In this document: positions 52,003 through 64,000 of the stretch, piece after piece
How positions within the stretch are numbered: position 1 is the first letter of the stretch
Layout of the letters: each line of letters begins with the position of its first letter
NCBI RefSeq assembly: GCF_006345805.1
Contig: NC_042999.1
Span: 107,508,001 to 107,572,000, forward strand
DNA length: 64,000 nt
Direction: 5' to 3'
Source: Octopus sinensis
Lineage: Eukaryota
Notes under the pieces: model-generated
What the model was told of the DNA's origin: nothing
The model's input: the letters and a program-made list of their open reading frames with translations, nothing else
The model's database searches: none
Translations under genes and position numbers: made by a program

Positions 52003-53531
52003 CATACGTACATAATTAAGGATAAAATCATTATAAAGATTTTATCAAATGGCCAGCAGGAACAAAAAAACCATATAGGTAACAATTAATACTAATATAT
52101 AATTATACAGATAGAATTATAGTAGAGTGCTGATAAACAACTGCAACATACTAGAGATAGACATCAAATGGTACTAAAAACCACATCTTTCCATATAGGC
52201 ACAGGCGTGGCTCTGTAGTAAGAAGTTTCCTTCCCAACTGCATTGTTCCAGGTATAGTCTCACTGTAAGGTGCCTTGGGCAAGTCTCTTCTACTGAAGTC
52301 TTGGGCTGACGAAAGCTTTGCAATTGGATTTGGAAGACAGAAACTAAACTGAAAGAAACCAATAGAATGTGTGTGTGTGTGTGTGTGCGTGTGTGTGTGT
52401 GTGTGCGTGTGTGTATGTGTGTGCACGCGCGTGTGTGTGTGCGTGCGTGAGTATGTGTGTGTGTATGAGTCTTTGCATTCCTTACCATTGCTTGTCAACT
52501 GGTGTTGGTTTATTTGCATCCCTGTAACTTAACCGTTTGGTAAAAGGGACCAATAGAATTAGAAATAAGTTTTTAAATTATTAGTACTGGGGTCAATTCA
52601 TTCAACTAAAAATTGTCAAGTCAGTGCTCCAGCATGGCTACAGCCTAATGACTGAAAAAGTAAAAGGATAAGAGAAGGTGAGTGTTTGTGTGTGTGTACG
52701 TGTGTGTGTGTGTGTGTGTTGTTGTTGTTGTTGTTGTTGTCATCATAAGCATTTATAAACTTTTAAGAGAATATGAAATAATTTGTTTTTGGAATGTTGG
52801 ATCTTGAAGCAGAAAAGCTATAAATAATAATATATAAATATTCTCTTAAAATTTATTTACATGGAAAAACCTGAAGGCTGCCCTTGGAACTCAAGCCCAT
52901 ATCTCTAGTAAACACGACAATATTTACATGTCATTATTTATAGCTTATCAAGGTGGCAAGCAGGTAGAATTGTTAGCATGCCACTGAGCATTTTGTTTGG
53001 CATTTCATCCATCTTTAAATTCTGAGTTCAAATTGCACTGGTGACAACTTCCCCTTTCATCGTTTAGCGGTTGATAAATTAAGTCCCACTTGAGCACCCA
53101 GGTCGAGATAATCTACTTAGGCCTCTCCCATGAAATTTCAGGCCTGATGCCTATGGTAGAAAGAATTATTTAAATGCTTTTCTCGTTCAAGATTCATCAG
53201 TCAATAAAAAAAAAATAGAAGAATTATCTCATATTCTCTTGAAGTTTATGAATTCTTATGATGTGAACACACAATTCTCTCTGGTAATAATAATGTTTCT
53301 AAAATAAATAGAGAAACTGTAAGGATTACTTTGATCCAATGGCTGAATGCCAGCTATATTTAAAGGAATTCAAGACCCATGAGCAGCCTTTGACATTTTC
53401 TATCAAAGGTATTTTTAAGCCAATATTTACATGCAATTATTTATAGCTTATCTGCTCCAAATCCAATAATCCAAAAAATAATATGCATGTGTGTTTATCT
53501 ATATATATCATACATCCTGAATTTCTTCATA

Positions 53532-53598
<67 letters not shown>

Positions 53599-53629
53599 AT
53601 ACACACACACACAGAAAGAATATATATAT

Positions 53630-54642
53630 ATATGTATAAAATAACAAAATGGGAGGAGAATTTTGATTATTCCTGCACGGTGAGATGTAATGCAAAAACA
53701 AAATATAACACCACACCTCATCTCAAAACACTACTGTTTATATCAACTCACAGCCCTAGACACAATGAGGCATACAACACTATTGTATAAAATCTACTTA
53801 TGCTTCCTAAGGATCTAAAATTGAAGAACATTCTGAAAACATAAATTTAGCAAAGGCAAAGAGCAACACAGATTGCTAAATAGACTTCTGAAAAATGTAA
53901 AGCATTACATAAAAACCATGAAACCAGCAGTTACAAGATGTGGACGACAAAATCTGAGGAACATGCCCCCAACCTACTGGAAGACTCAGAATTCCTGTTC
54001 AAAATAGGAGGGAGGTTCACAATTAAAACCAAATTCACTTGTGCTTCCAAGAATCTAATTTATGTTATAACCTGTTCAGATTGTGAGCATAACTATATAG
54101 GACAGACAAGTATGACACTGAGATAGAGAACCACACTACATAAGGAACAGATCTGGTTCTTGCAATACAGACAGATTCCTTTGAGTATCTACCAGTGCAA
54201 AGAAACAGTTTCTGTAAAATAAAGTTTAAATAGGGACAATTTGTTCATTGGAAAATGCAGAATAGTCTAAATATGAATGCATAACCAACTTTGGTCTCAG
54301 TATATATTTTAATTCATGATCACATACTCATAATTGTACATATTTAATCTCACTACTTTAGTTTTAGTGTTTTTGTATTTATATTTATCCCATCTCCAAA
54401 AGATGAGTAATTATCTCCCCCAGTTCCCAATAATAATGATCACTAATTACCTCCCCTTAGATTTTTATACATGTTGAATCATTCATTCACAAACATCTCT
54501 GCACAAAACATCTTCTAAAGATAATAAGAAATTACAATAATTTCAATGCCATGATTAGCAAAAGCAAAACTGGTCGACAGACATAATATTCTTTCACTTA
54601 CAAAATATATTAAAACTATGTAAACTATTTGCATTTTCCTTC
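53630..54642 (+). mobile_element. PLE 3' fragment (GIY-YIG, HHR, tail)
   Basis: KFTCASKNLIYVITCSDCEHNYIGQTSMTLR; HHR-like motif at 54547. Confidence 0.85.
54547..54579 (+). ncRNA. Decayed hammerhead motif, A3-U8 variant
   Basis: TGCC-ATGATTA-GC(AAAA)GC-AAA-ACTGGT-C-GACA; the paralog at 55429-55461 (minus) reads TGTC-ATGATGA-GT(GAAA)GT-GAA-ACTGGC-C-AACA. Confidence 0.55.
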
Positions 54643-54665
54643 ATTTATATATATATATATATATA

Positions 54666-54964
54666 TATAAACAATTGTAGTATTGGAAAATGCTTATAAG
54701 ACATTTAAAAACACACAAAAACCATCAGATTTACTTTAACATCTAAAATTAATTTGTATCATAATGTTTTCGTCACTTTGAAACCACGACCTGTTCACTG
54801 ACAAAATTTCATGCCACAAGACGTTTTGTCAGTTCATGCCACCAGAAGTTTCGTTGCAATTTCAAAGCAACGAAAATAATTTGACACAAACTAAATTTAA
54901 ATGTTGAAGTGAATTTAGCAGTTTTTTGTGTTCTTAAACATCTTCCATGTGGCAATTGTTTATA
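54666..54964. mobile_element. Foldback element with HHR (54757-54803, minus, G3-C8 core)
   Basis: Arms begin and end tataaacaattg / caattgtttata; minus strand TGTCA-GTGAACA-G-GTCGT(ggtttcaaa)GTGAC-GAA-AACATT-A-TGATA. Confidence 0.75.
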
Positions 54965-54993
54965 TACATATATATTAGTATATTAGTATATAA

Positions 54994-55184
54994 TATACTA
55001 ATATATAATTATATAGATATAATTATGGTAAAGAATGCTGATAAACAACACCAACATGATAGAGATGGATGCAAAATGGTGATAAAAACATCTTAGCATT
55101 ATTTGGTGTCTATCTATAGCATATTAGTGTTGTTTGTCAGCACCCTTTACTATAATTATATCTATATAATTATATATTAATATA
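54994..55184. mobile_element. Foldback element (arms ~90 bp, 7 nt loop) of a family also present at ~52020-52185
   Basis: tgctgataaacaacaccaacatg...gataa / ttagca...gtgttgtttgtcagca are reverse complements. Confidence 0.75.
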
Positions 55185-55320
55185 TATACTATAATATAGG
55201 ATAAAATTATTTTTCAGAAAAATTTTCATCAAAAGTGGGAGAATATTAAAATACCTTTAAAGGTTAAAATTATAAACAAGGGCAAAAGAAAAATTATTTA
55301 TAAGTTATTAATACATATAT

Positions 55321-55356
<36 letters not shown>

Positions 55357-55362
55357 ATACAA

Positions 55363-56430
55363 GAAGGAATATGCACATAGTTTACATAGTTTTAATATAT
55401 TTTTTTATATATGAAAGTGCATTAAGTTTGTTGGCCAGTTTCACTTTCACTCATCATGACATTAAAATTATTGTAATTTTGTATTTCATTAAGAAGATTT
55501 TAGTCCATGTTTTGCATGGAGACGTTTGTGAACAAATGATTCAACAAATAGAAAAATCTAATGGGAGGTAATTTGCAATCGTTATAATTGGGGACAGGTG
55601 AAGTAATTACTCATCTTTCAGAGAGGATATAAATGTATATATATAAAAGCTCAAAATCTCAAGTAGTGAGATGAAATATGTACAATGATGGGTATGTGTT
55701 CATGAATTAAAATATATAGAGTGACCAAAGTTGGTTATGCATTCATATTTAGATGTGTTCTGCATTTTTCAATGAACAAATTTTCTCTGTAGAAATGTTC
55801 CTATACAGAAATTGTTTCTTTGCACTAGTAGATGAGGAAAATTGTGAAATTTGGGTGGATATTACTTGCAAATCTCTCTATGGGTTGACTCAAAGGAATC
55901 TGTCTGTATTGCAAGAACCAGATCTGTTCCTTATGTAGTGTGGGTCTCCATCGCAGTGTCATACTTGTATTTCCTATATAATCATGTCCACAACCTAAAC
56001 AGGCTATTACATAAATTAGATTCTTGGAAGCACAAGTGAATTTGGTTTTAATTGTGAACATCGCTCCTTCTTTGAACAGGAATTCTAAGTCTTCCAGTAG
56101 GTTGGGGCATGTTTCTCAGATTTTGTCGTCCACATCTTTTAACTATTGGTTTTGTGGTTGTTCTGCAAAGCTTTGCATTTTTTTAGAAGTCTGTTTAGCA
56201 ATTCATGTTGCTTTTTGTATTTGCTGAGTTTATGTGTTTTCAGAATGTTCTTCAATTTTAGATCCCTGGGAAGCATAGGTAGATTATATACAATAGTGCT
56301 GTATGCCTCATTGTGTCTAGGGCTGTGAGTTGATATAAACAGTAGTGTTTTGAGATGAGGTGTGGTGTTATATTTTGCTTTTACATTACATCTCACCATG
56401 TGTGGATAATTGAAATTCTCCTCATCCCTA
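55363..56430 (-). mobile_element. Mirror copy of the PLE fragment
   Basis: MFTIKTKFTCASKNLIYVIACLGCGHDYIG...PTLHKEQI. Confidence 0.85.
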
Positions 56431-56494
56431 TATATATATATATTATCTCCCTCTCCCTCTCTCTCTCTCCCACTCTTTATATACATATATATAT

Positions 56495-57975
56495 CATCAA
56501 CATCATCATCATCATCATTTAACGTCCGCTTTCCATGCTAGCATGGGTTGGACGGTTCAACTGGGGTCTAGGGAGCCCGAAAGCTGCACCAGTCCAGTCA
56601 GATCTGGCAGTGTTTCTACAGCTGGATGCCCTTCCTAACGCCAACCACTCCGAGAGTGTAGTGGGTGATTTTATGTGCCACCGACACAGGTGCCAGACGA
56701 GGCTGGCAAACGGCCACGCTCGGATGGTGTTTTTTATGTGCCACCGACACAGGTGCCAGACGAGGCTGGCAGACGGCCATGCTCGGATGGTGTTTTTTAT
56801 GTGCCACCGACACAGGTGCCAGACAAGGCTGGCAGACGGCCATGCTCGGATGGTGTTTTTATGTGCCACCGACACAGGTGCCAGACGAGGCTGGCAGACG
56901 GCCACGCTCGGATGGTGTTTTTATGTGCCACCGACACAGGTGCCAGATGAGGCTGGCAAACGGCCACGATCAGATGGTGCTTGTTACGTGCCCACAGCAC
57001 GGAGGCCAGTCGATGCGGTACTGGCTACGGCCACGTTCGGATGGTTCTCTTGTGAGCCACCGGCACTGGTACCACAAAGATACAAATTCCATTGATGTTC
57101 ATTTGTTTTGATTTTCACTTGCCTCAACAGGTCTTCACAAGTGTCACAAGAAGGAAGGTATGCACAGGTGGACTGACTACGTCCCAGGTAGGGGCCATGG
57201 GTTATGGCCTGACTAGTCTTGCCGGGTCTTCGGATGGTGTTTTTATGTGCCACCGACACAGGTGCTAGATGAGGCTGGCGAACGGCCACGATCGGATGGT
57301 GTTTGTCATGTGCCCACCGCACTGACTACAGCACTGATGGATTTCTTGTGTGCCACAGGCACTGGTACCACAAGATACAAATTCCATTGATGTTCATCTA
57401 TTTTGTCTATTTTGATTTGATTTGATTTTCACTTACCTCAACCGGTCTTCACAAGTGTCACAAGAAGGAAGGTATGCACAGGTGGACTGACTAGTCTTGC
57501 CGGGTCTTCGGAAGGTGTTTTTATGTGCCACCGACACAGGTGCCAGATGAGGCTGGCGAACGGCCATGATCGGATGGTGTTTGTTACGTGCCCACAGCAC
57601 GGAGGCCGGTCGATGCGGAACTGGCTACGGCCACGTTCGGATGGTTCTCTTGTGAGCCACCGGCACTGGTACCATAAAGATACAGATTCCATTGATGTTC
57701 ATCTATTTTGATTTGTTTTGATTTTCACTTGCCTCAACAGGTCTTCACAAGTGTCACAAGAAGGAAGGCATGCACAGGTGGACTGACTACGTCCCAGGTA
57801 GGGGCCATGGGTTATGGCCTGACTAGTCTTGCCGGGTCTTCGGATGGTGTTTTTATGTGCCACCGACACAGGTGCTAGATGAGGCTGGCGAACGGCCACG
57901 ATCGGATGGTGTTTGTCATGTGCCCACAGCACGGAGGCCAGTCGATGCGGTACTGGCTACGGCCACTTTCGGATG

Positions 57976-57980
<5 letters not shown>
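56495..57980 (-). mobile_element. RTE 3' UTR insertion with a 5 x 62-63 bp minisatellite and ~280-330 bp higher-order repeats
   Basis: Unit starts at 56673, 56736, 56799, 56861 and 56923, then 57244, 57523 and 57855; RTE tail at 56500-56560. Confidence 0.85.
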
Positions 57981-58010
<30 letters not shown>

Positions 58011-59340
58011 AAAATCAGGATATATGATATATATAGATAAACACACATATTCTTTTTTGGATTATTGAATTTTGGAGCAGATAAGCTATAAATAATTGCA
58101 TGTAAATATTGGCTTAAAAATACTTTTAATAGAAAATGTCAAAGGCTGCTCATGGGACTTAAACTCCTGTAAATGTGGCTGGTATTCAACCATTGGATCA
58201 AAGCAATCCTTCAAATTTCTCTATTTATTTTAGAAACATTATTATTACCAGAGAGAATTGTATGTTTGCATCATAAGAATTAATAAACTACAAGAGAATA
58301 TGAGATAATTCTTTCATGTTTATTTTAATTTCTTTCTTTCTTTATTTATTTTTTTGATTGATGGATCTTGAAGGAGAAGGAGAAAAGCATTTAAATAATC
58401 CTTTCTACAATAGGCACCAAGCCTGAAATTTTATGGAAGAGGGCTAGTCGATTATCTCGACCCAAGTGCTCAAGCAGAACTTAATTTATCAACCGCAAAA
58501 AGATGAAAGGGGAAGTTGATACTAGCGAAATTTGAACTCAGAATTTAAAGATGGAGGAAATGCCAAACAAAACGCTCAGAGGCAAGCAAACAATTCTACC
58601 TGCTTGCCACCTTGATAAGCTATAAATAATGACATGTAAATATTGTCATGTTTACCAGAGATATGGGCTTGAGTTCCAAGGGTAACCTTCAGGTTTTTCT
58701 ATCTAAATAGATTTTCAGACAATATTTATATGTTATTATTTATAGCTTTTCTGCTTTAAGATCCAACATTCCAAAAATGAATTATTTCATATTCCCTTGA
58801 AAGTTTCTAAATACTTATGATGTCAACAAGGCACACACACACACACATACAAAAACACACACACACACACACCATCACTCTTTCTTATCTTTTTACTTTT
58901 TTCAGTCATGCTAGGGCACTGACTTGATGAATTTTAGTTGAATGAATCAACCACAGTACTTATAATTTTAAAGCCTGTTTCTTATTCTATTGGTCTCTTT
59001 TGCCAAACTGCTAGGTTACGGGAATGCAAATAAACCAACACCAATTCACAAGTACTGATAAGGAACAAACACAGACCCAAAGTCATGCACACATATTCCA
59101 TTAGTTTCTTTCAGTTTCCCTCTTCCAAATCCAATCACTAGGCTTTGGGCATCCCAAGGCTATACTAGAAGACACTTGCCCAAGGTGCCTTGCAATGGGA
59201 CTGAACCTAGAAGAATGCATTTGGAAAGGAAACTTCTTACTACAAAGCCACGCCTGTGCCTATATGGCTGTGGTTGCATATGTATAGTCATACTATTACT
59301 TGTATATCCACACCTGTACCTATAAATAATTATATATATA

Positions 59341-59480
59341 TATACCGGAGTAAACACATAAATGTGAAACAAGGTGGAAAAAAGAGTACTCAAATACCAG
59401 TGGTAGAGTAATATGCTATTTTTAAAGCAGCAGAAAATTCAACAAAACCTGTTACTCTGAGTTTCCCATTGTCGTTCATA
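59341..59480 (-). mobile_element. Second copy of the 6724-6873 tail with the 3' half of the HHR
   Basis: ggagtaaacacataaatgtgaaacaaggtgg...aaaacctgttactctgagtttc is shared. Confidence 0.85.
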
Positions 59481-59668
59481 TATACATACACATACACCCA
59501 CACTTCACTTTTGTATTTGGTTTGCAAGATTCTTTATGCAAATTCACGTGTTGCAATACATTTTTTATAGTGTAGAAACACAACACAATATATATGTGGT
59601 GCAGAGTGCAAATATAATATATATATGAGTGTGTGTGTGTGTGTGTGTATACATATTATGTATATATA

Positions 59669-59748
<80 letters not shown>

Positions 59749-59787
59749 TTATATATGTTACATATATATACATATATATTGTGTTGT

Positions 59788-61002
59788 ATTATGTTGGCAA
59801 GAAAGTAATGTCAGTTTTATTAGTGTGAAAAAAATTATTCTTTTTCATACAAAGAATGAACTTTACTCAATTATATATTTTCCATTTTGTTCGATGACCT
59901 TTTGTTATTTTTCAGGCAACTTCATGATTCCCCACTCATAGAACTTCTGGTACTTATCAATCAAAAACTGAAGCAAGTGCAATTTCAGGTCGTCATTATT
60001 ATTGAAAATTTTACCATTCAATGAATTTTGCTAACTTCAAAATAGATAGTGATCTGATGGTGCAAAGTCAAGGCTATATGGTAGATGTGACATCACTTTC
60101 TAACCAAGCACCAATAATTTTTCTTTGATTACTTCCTCCAGTTTCATTAGTTGTTGACAGTAAACATCTGAATTGATCGTTTGGTTCCTTGGAAGGAGTT
60201 CACAATATACAGCACTTTTGTAATCACCAAATTGTCAGCATGGCCTTTTTTTTATGTAATTCTGCTTTTGATGTTGTTTGTGCTGGTTCATTACGCTTGA
60301 ACCATGATCGTTTTCGATTGATGTTATTGTAGACAATCCACTTTTTATCACAAGTGATGATTCTTTTAAAAAACAGGTCGATTTCATCGCGTTTGAGGTG
60401 CATATCACAAATATTGATTCGTTGTGTTAAGTGAATTGCTTTCAATTTATGTGGAACCTAAATATCAAGCGTCTTAACAAGTCCAAGACATTCAAGTGAT
60501 TTTCAGTTGTTGTGTGTGATACCCTTAACCTCTCTGCAATCTCTTGCGCAGTTATATGACAATCAGATTCAATTATGGCTTTGATTCAGTCATCATCAAC
60601 TTCAGTATGTGACCAGAACGTTGGTCATCATTGAGTGTAAAATCTCCAAAATGGAATTTTTAAAACCATTTCTGACATGTGCATTCTGTAAAGTAATCAA
60701 CACCATAAACCTCACATATCTCTTTGTGAGTCTCAGCAGCTTTCTTGCCTTTACAGAAATAAAAGAGCAAAATATGGCAAAATCTTCAATTTTGCACTCC
60801 ATGTTAAAATTGACAATGAAATCACAGCTGTAAACAAAATTACGTGCAATTTGCTTCTAAAGTAAGCTAAACGTAATGGCTATCAAAAATTTGCTTCTAA
60901 AGTATGTCAAAAGGAAAAAATCATAACGTTGACAAAATTCATTTTAAAAAAGCGCAACTCTATATTTTTGCAAAAAGCAAAATTACTTTCTTACCAACCC
61001 AA
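59788..61002 (-). mobile_element. Near-full-length decayed mariner with both TIRs
   Basis: RIITCDKKWIVYNNINRKRSW...AELHKKKAMLTIW; TIRs atgttggcaagaaagtaatg and aattactttcttaccaaccc. Confidence 0.85.
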
Positions 61003-61209
61003 CTTCATTTTAAAAGTTCACGCTTTCACTTTTCCATTTTCAATAGCTACATGCCTTTCCTGCTAAGTAATATTTCCCCATGGCCAGACATATTAAAACA
61101 GAATATTGGAAATGAATGACTTTCATTTACAATCATGCAACATCCAAGACAAGGAAACACTAAAACTCACACATACTTACACACATATACACACACACAA
61201 ACACATACA

Positions 61210-61620
61210 CACATGCACACATACTCACACACATATTTGGCTTGTAGTATATGTTTGCTTCCCAACCATATGCTTACAGGTTCAGTCCAACTACCTGGCA
61301 CTTTGGGCAAATGTCCTCTACTATAGCCTGAGGCTGACCAAAACCTTTTGGACTTGGTAGATGGAAACTGAAAAAAGCCTGCATTATGTATGTTGGGGCT
61401 GTATGTGCATGTGTGTGTCTTTGTACCTGCAATTTGCCCTCCACCACTGCTTCATAACCGTTGTTGGGGTGTTTATATTCTTGTAACTTAGCAGTTCAGT
61501 AAAAGAGACTGATAATAAGTACAAGGCTTAAAAAAATGTACTGAGATTGATTTGTTTGACTAAATCCCTCAAGGTGGTGCCTCAGTATGGCTGCTGCCTA
61601 ATGACTAAAACAAATATAAG
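61210..61620 (+). mobile_element. SINE A, diverged
   Basis: Family motifs ttgggcaaatgtcctctactatagcc and aatgactaaaacaaat. Confidence 0.75.
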
Positions 61621-61659
61621 ATAAAAGATTTATATATATATATATATATAAACCTTTTA

Positions 61660-63890
61660 TCATAAACTAGTAGTATAGCCCAGCGTTGCCCAGGATTAAG
61701 TTAGGATTATTAAGCTAATCAAGCACTTTGTTTCAAACCAAACTAAGTAACACCATCGTCAAATTTGTGTGAAATCCATTGAAATTGGTAAACATTTGGC
61801 TGATAATGGGTTGCAGACAATTTGATTGGGAAATCCCATAAGGAAATGATTTATCGATTTTCCCACTCATCAACTGTGTTCTTTTTTTTTTTTTGGAGAA
61901 CTTAAAGTATTCAAACATCCCATGAGTCCAAAGTAACACCAGCTTCAAGTTTGAACAAAATACATCAAAATTTGTAAAAGTTATGGTTGAAAATGGTGTG
62001 TACCCAATTTTAGAGAGAAATCCTATAAGGAATCGATTTATCGATTTTTCATCCTGATTGAATGGAAAACCCCATAAGGAGTCAGTTTATTGATTTTTCA
62101 CCCCAAATAAGACTTAACTGAACACAATATTGCTGATTCAAAAATCTATATTTATATTTTAAAGCTTGTTTTCATACCCAACCCAGTTCTGCAGAATCAG
62201 TGTTGTGATGGGAACGCATGAGTTGGGAGTTTGACCAGCAGAGGTGATAAGGTTGCACATGCTGGCCCTTTCAAAACCACCATCCCCATCATCTAACCCT
62301 CTTTTACCCATGGATTGGGAACCCTTCCAGCAAGGAAAATAGAACGCCCAAAAGGGCTCCCAATCCTCTGTGTAAGAAGAGGTTATATTTGGATCACAAC
62401 TAAGCCTTAACCTAAGCCTAAGTTAACCGAGTGAAAGGGGGCTCAAGAGCCTCTGAGAGGCCGTGACTATTCCCGATCTAGACCTAACCCCTCCTAGGAG
62501 TACTATTGGTCAAGGCTGCATCAAAGATATGCATTGGAGAAGGTTGCCTTGGAGATCTGCATCGAAGATCTGCATTGGAGAAGGTTGCACCAAAGGTTTG
62601 CATGCTATCATATATATATAGCAAGAAAATGGAGGGATCAATAGGTGGTTCATCAACTTTTAGACATTATATTATGTTAACTTATTTATTTATTTACTAA
62701 ACTGACAATTACAATAAAATACATACATGAATAACATATTATGCTTTACATATAAGATATAAAATATACTGATATATAATGATACCAGTAATTATTACAA
62801 GATAACATACATGAATATAAATTGAGAAAATAACTTACAGCTGTTTCAGCCAAGAGGTAAAAATACCTCATTCTACCTTTATTACTCAAGTAGACTGAAG
62901 TAATAGATATATGAAATTGAGGTACTAGGGTATTTCTCTAGGCTTTGTCAGAGATCATAAAGTACACACACATTTAAATACTTATATATATAGATATACA
63001 TATACATACATATATAAATATACATAAATACTTATATATATATATACTGAAATGTATATACATATTTGCATTTATAAGCATACATAATAATCAGTTATTA
63101 CTAATATTATTAATAGTAGATGCATTCTATTATTCACATCAGATATAATATAGAATATAATATATAAACAGATAATTTTAAGAATAGTATAAGGATAGTA
63201 TAGGTTCACAACCTCTAACTTTCTTGAAGTTATATACACACACACACACACACACAATGTCACCTTCTCTACTATGTATATATATATATATATATATTTA
63301 ATAACGAACCATGTAATTCACACTCTGGAAAATTTATTTCTGTAAAATGTTGGGAGTGCGTAAAATTTCTGGGGCTTCCACCTCACTCCATCCCATTTTT
63401 TTCGGACATCAAAAAGGGTTTTGTAGCATATTAGGAGGTCACAGGAATTCATTCAACGAAAAAAATTCCCAATGATTCTGAACAAAAATAAGGGATTTTC
63501 AGCATTTTAGGAGGTCAGAGCACTTGATTACACACAAAAAATCTGTGTTTTTTTTTCTATTTTCTCGGTGAAAATCGTGCAGGCATTAATCTAAAATTTT
63601 ACCCTTTTTTTTTCTTTCTCCCCATTGCTAGACAGGTGACTTAACTTATATTAGCAAACTTACAGATTTCACCAACATGGAAATTGGTAAAAGTTATGGT
63701 TGAAAATCGATTTTTACCACTAGCTGTGGGTGCCTCGGTGAAAATAAGTTGACAAAACACAGCCATGATTGTGACCAATGTCCTCCTAAAATTAGAGTAA
63801 CATGCATGCTAATTTGTGGACATACATAAATTACATTCATGTACACACACACACATGCATCCTGCTTTTTATAGATAAATAGATAGATAA
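61660..63890 (+). mobile_element. Possible non-autonomous Helitron/Helentron-like (DINE/HINE-type) element with nested inserts
   Basis: Start aaactagtagtatagcccagcgttgcccagg and end cctgctttttatagata resemble such elements; gtaaaagttatggttgaaaat recurs at ~61975 and ~63687. Confidence 0.4.
62831..62869 (-). ncRNA. 3' half of a hammerhead (stem II hairpin, GAA, ACAGCTGT, A), 5' core missing
   Basis: Minus strand GAGGTA(TTTT)TACCTC-TTGGCT-GAA-ACAGCTGT-A-AGTTA. Confidence 0.45.
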
Positions 63891-64000
63891 GTGATTTAAA
63901 ATATATATATTTTAATTGTTGTGTGAGAAAGTATATAATCTGATTATAAAATATTGTGTCTTTCAAAAACATCCTAAATTTGAATATTATATCTCGTGTT

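Larger units (their letters stand above)
52191..59267. repeat. Large inverted duplication: left arm 52191-54642, right arm 55363-59267 (with a 1.5 kb insertion), ~720 bp spacer
   Basis: The order SINE A, unique DNA, SINE B, unique DNA, PLE fragment is mirrored in reverse complement, for example 53270-53520 against 58010-58260. Confidence 0.9.

Noticed and set aside
56673-56985. CRISPR-like regular repeats with hairpins
   Set aside because: No unique spacers, no cas genes, eukaryotic context; derived from an RTE UTR
62395-62430. Telomere-like repeats
   Set aside because: Only a few irregular CCTAAG/CCTAAC units, not a (TTAGGG)n array

Overview
AT-rich, microsatellite-dense eukaryotic DNA. 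The SINE and LINE families look like those of octopus (coleoid cephalopod); this is inferred from repeat sequence, not proven. I found no confidently identifiable host gene, only a few weak exon candidates, so the window is probably intronic or intergenic. Most listed ORFs are microsatellite artefacts. The window is a mosaic of decayed RTE and R4/Dong-like LINEs, Tc1/mariner remnants, tRNA-derived SINEs, a Helitron-like element and many Penelope-like element (PLE) fragments. The main hidden signal is RNA-level: about ten loci with minimal type I hammerhead ribozyme (HHR) motifs, plus several half-motifs, on both strands, most with a palindromic stem III. Across these motifs all four Watson-Crick versions of the core 3-8 pair occur (C-G, G-C, U-A, A-U). 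Several HHRs sit in head-to-head foldback elements whose symmetry axis lies at or just 5' of the ribozyme. The window also has a ~7 kb inverted duplication with nested foldbacks (52191-59267), an uninterrupted stand-alone GIY-YIG ORF (49232-49834), a tRNA-headed SINE-like unit with an HHR tail, a near-identical ~560 bp triplication and several long hairpins. Coordinates of decayed repeats are approximate.
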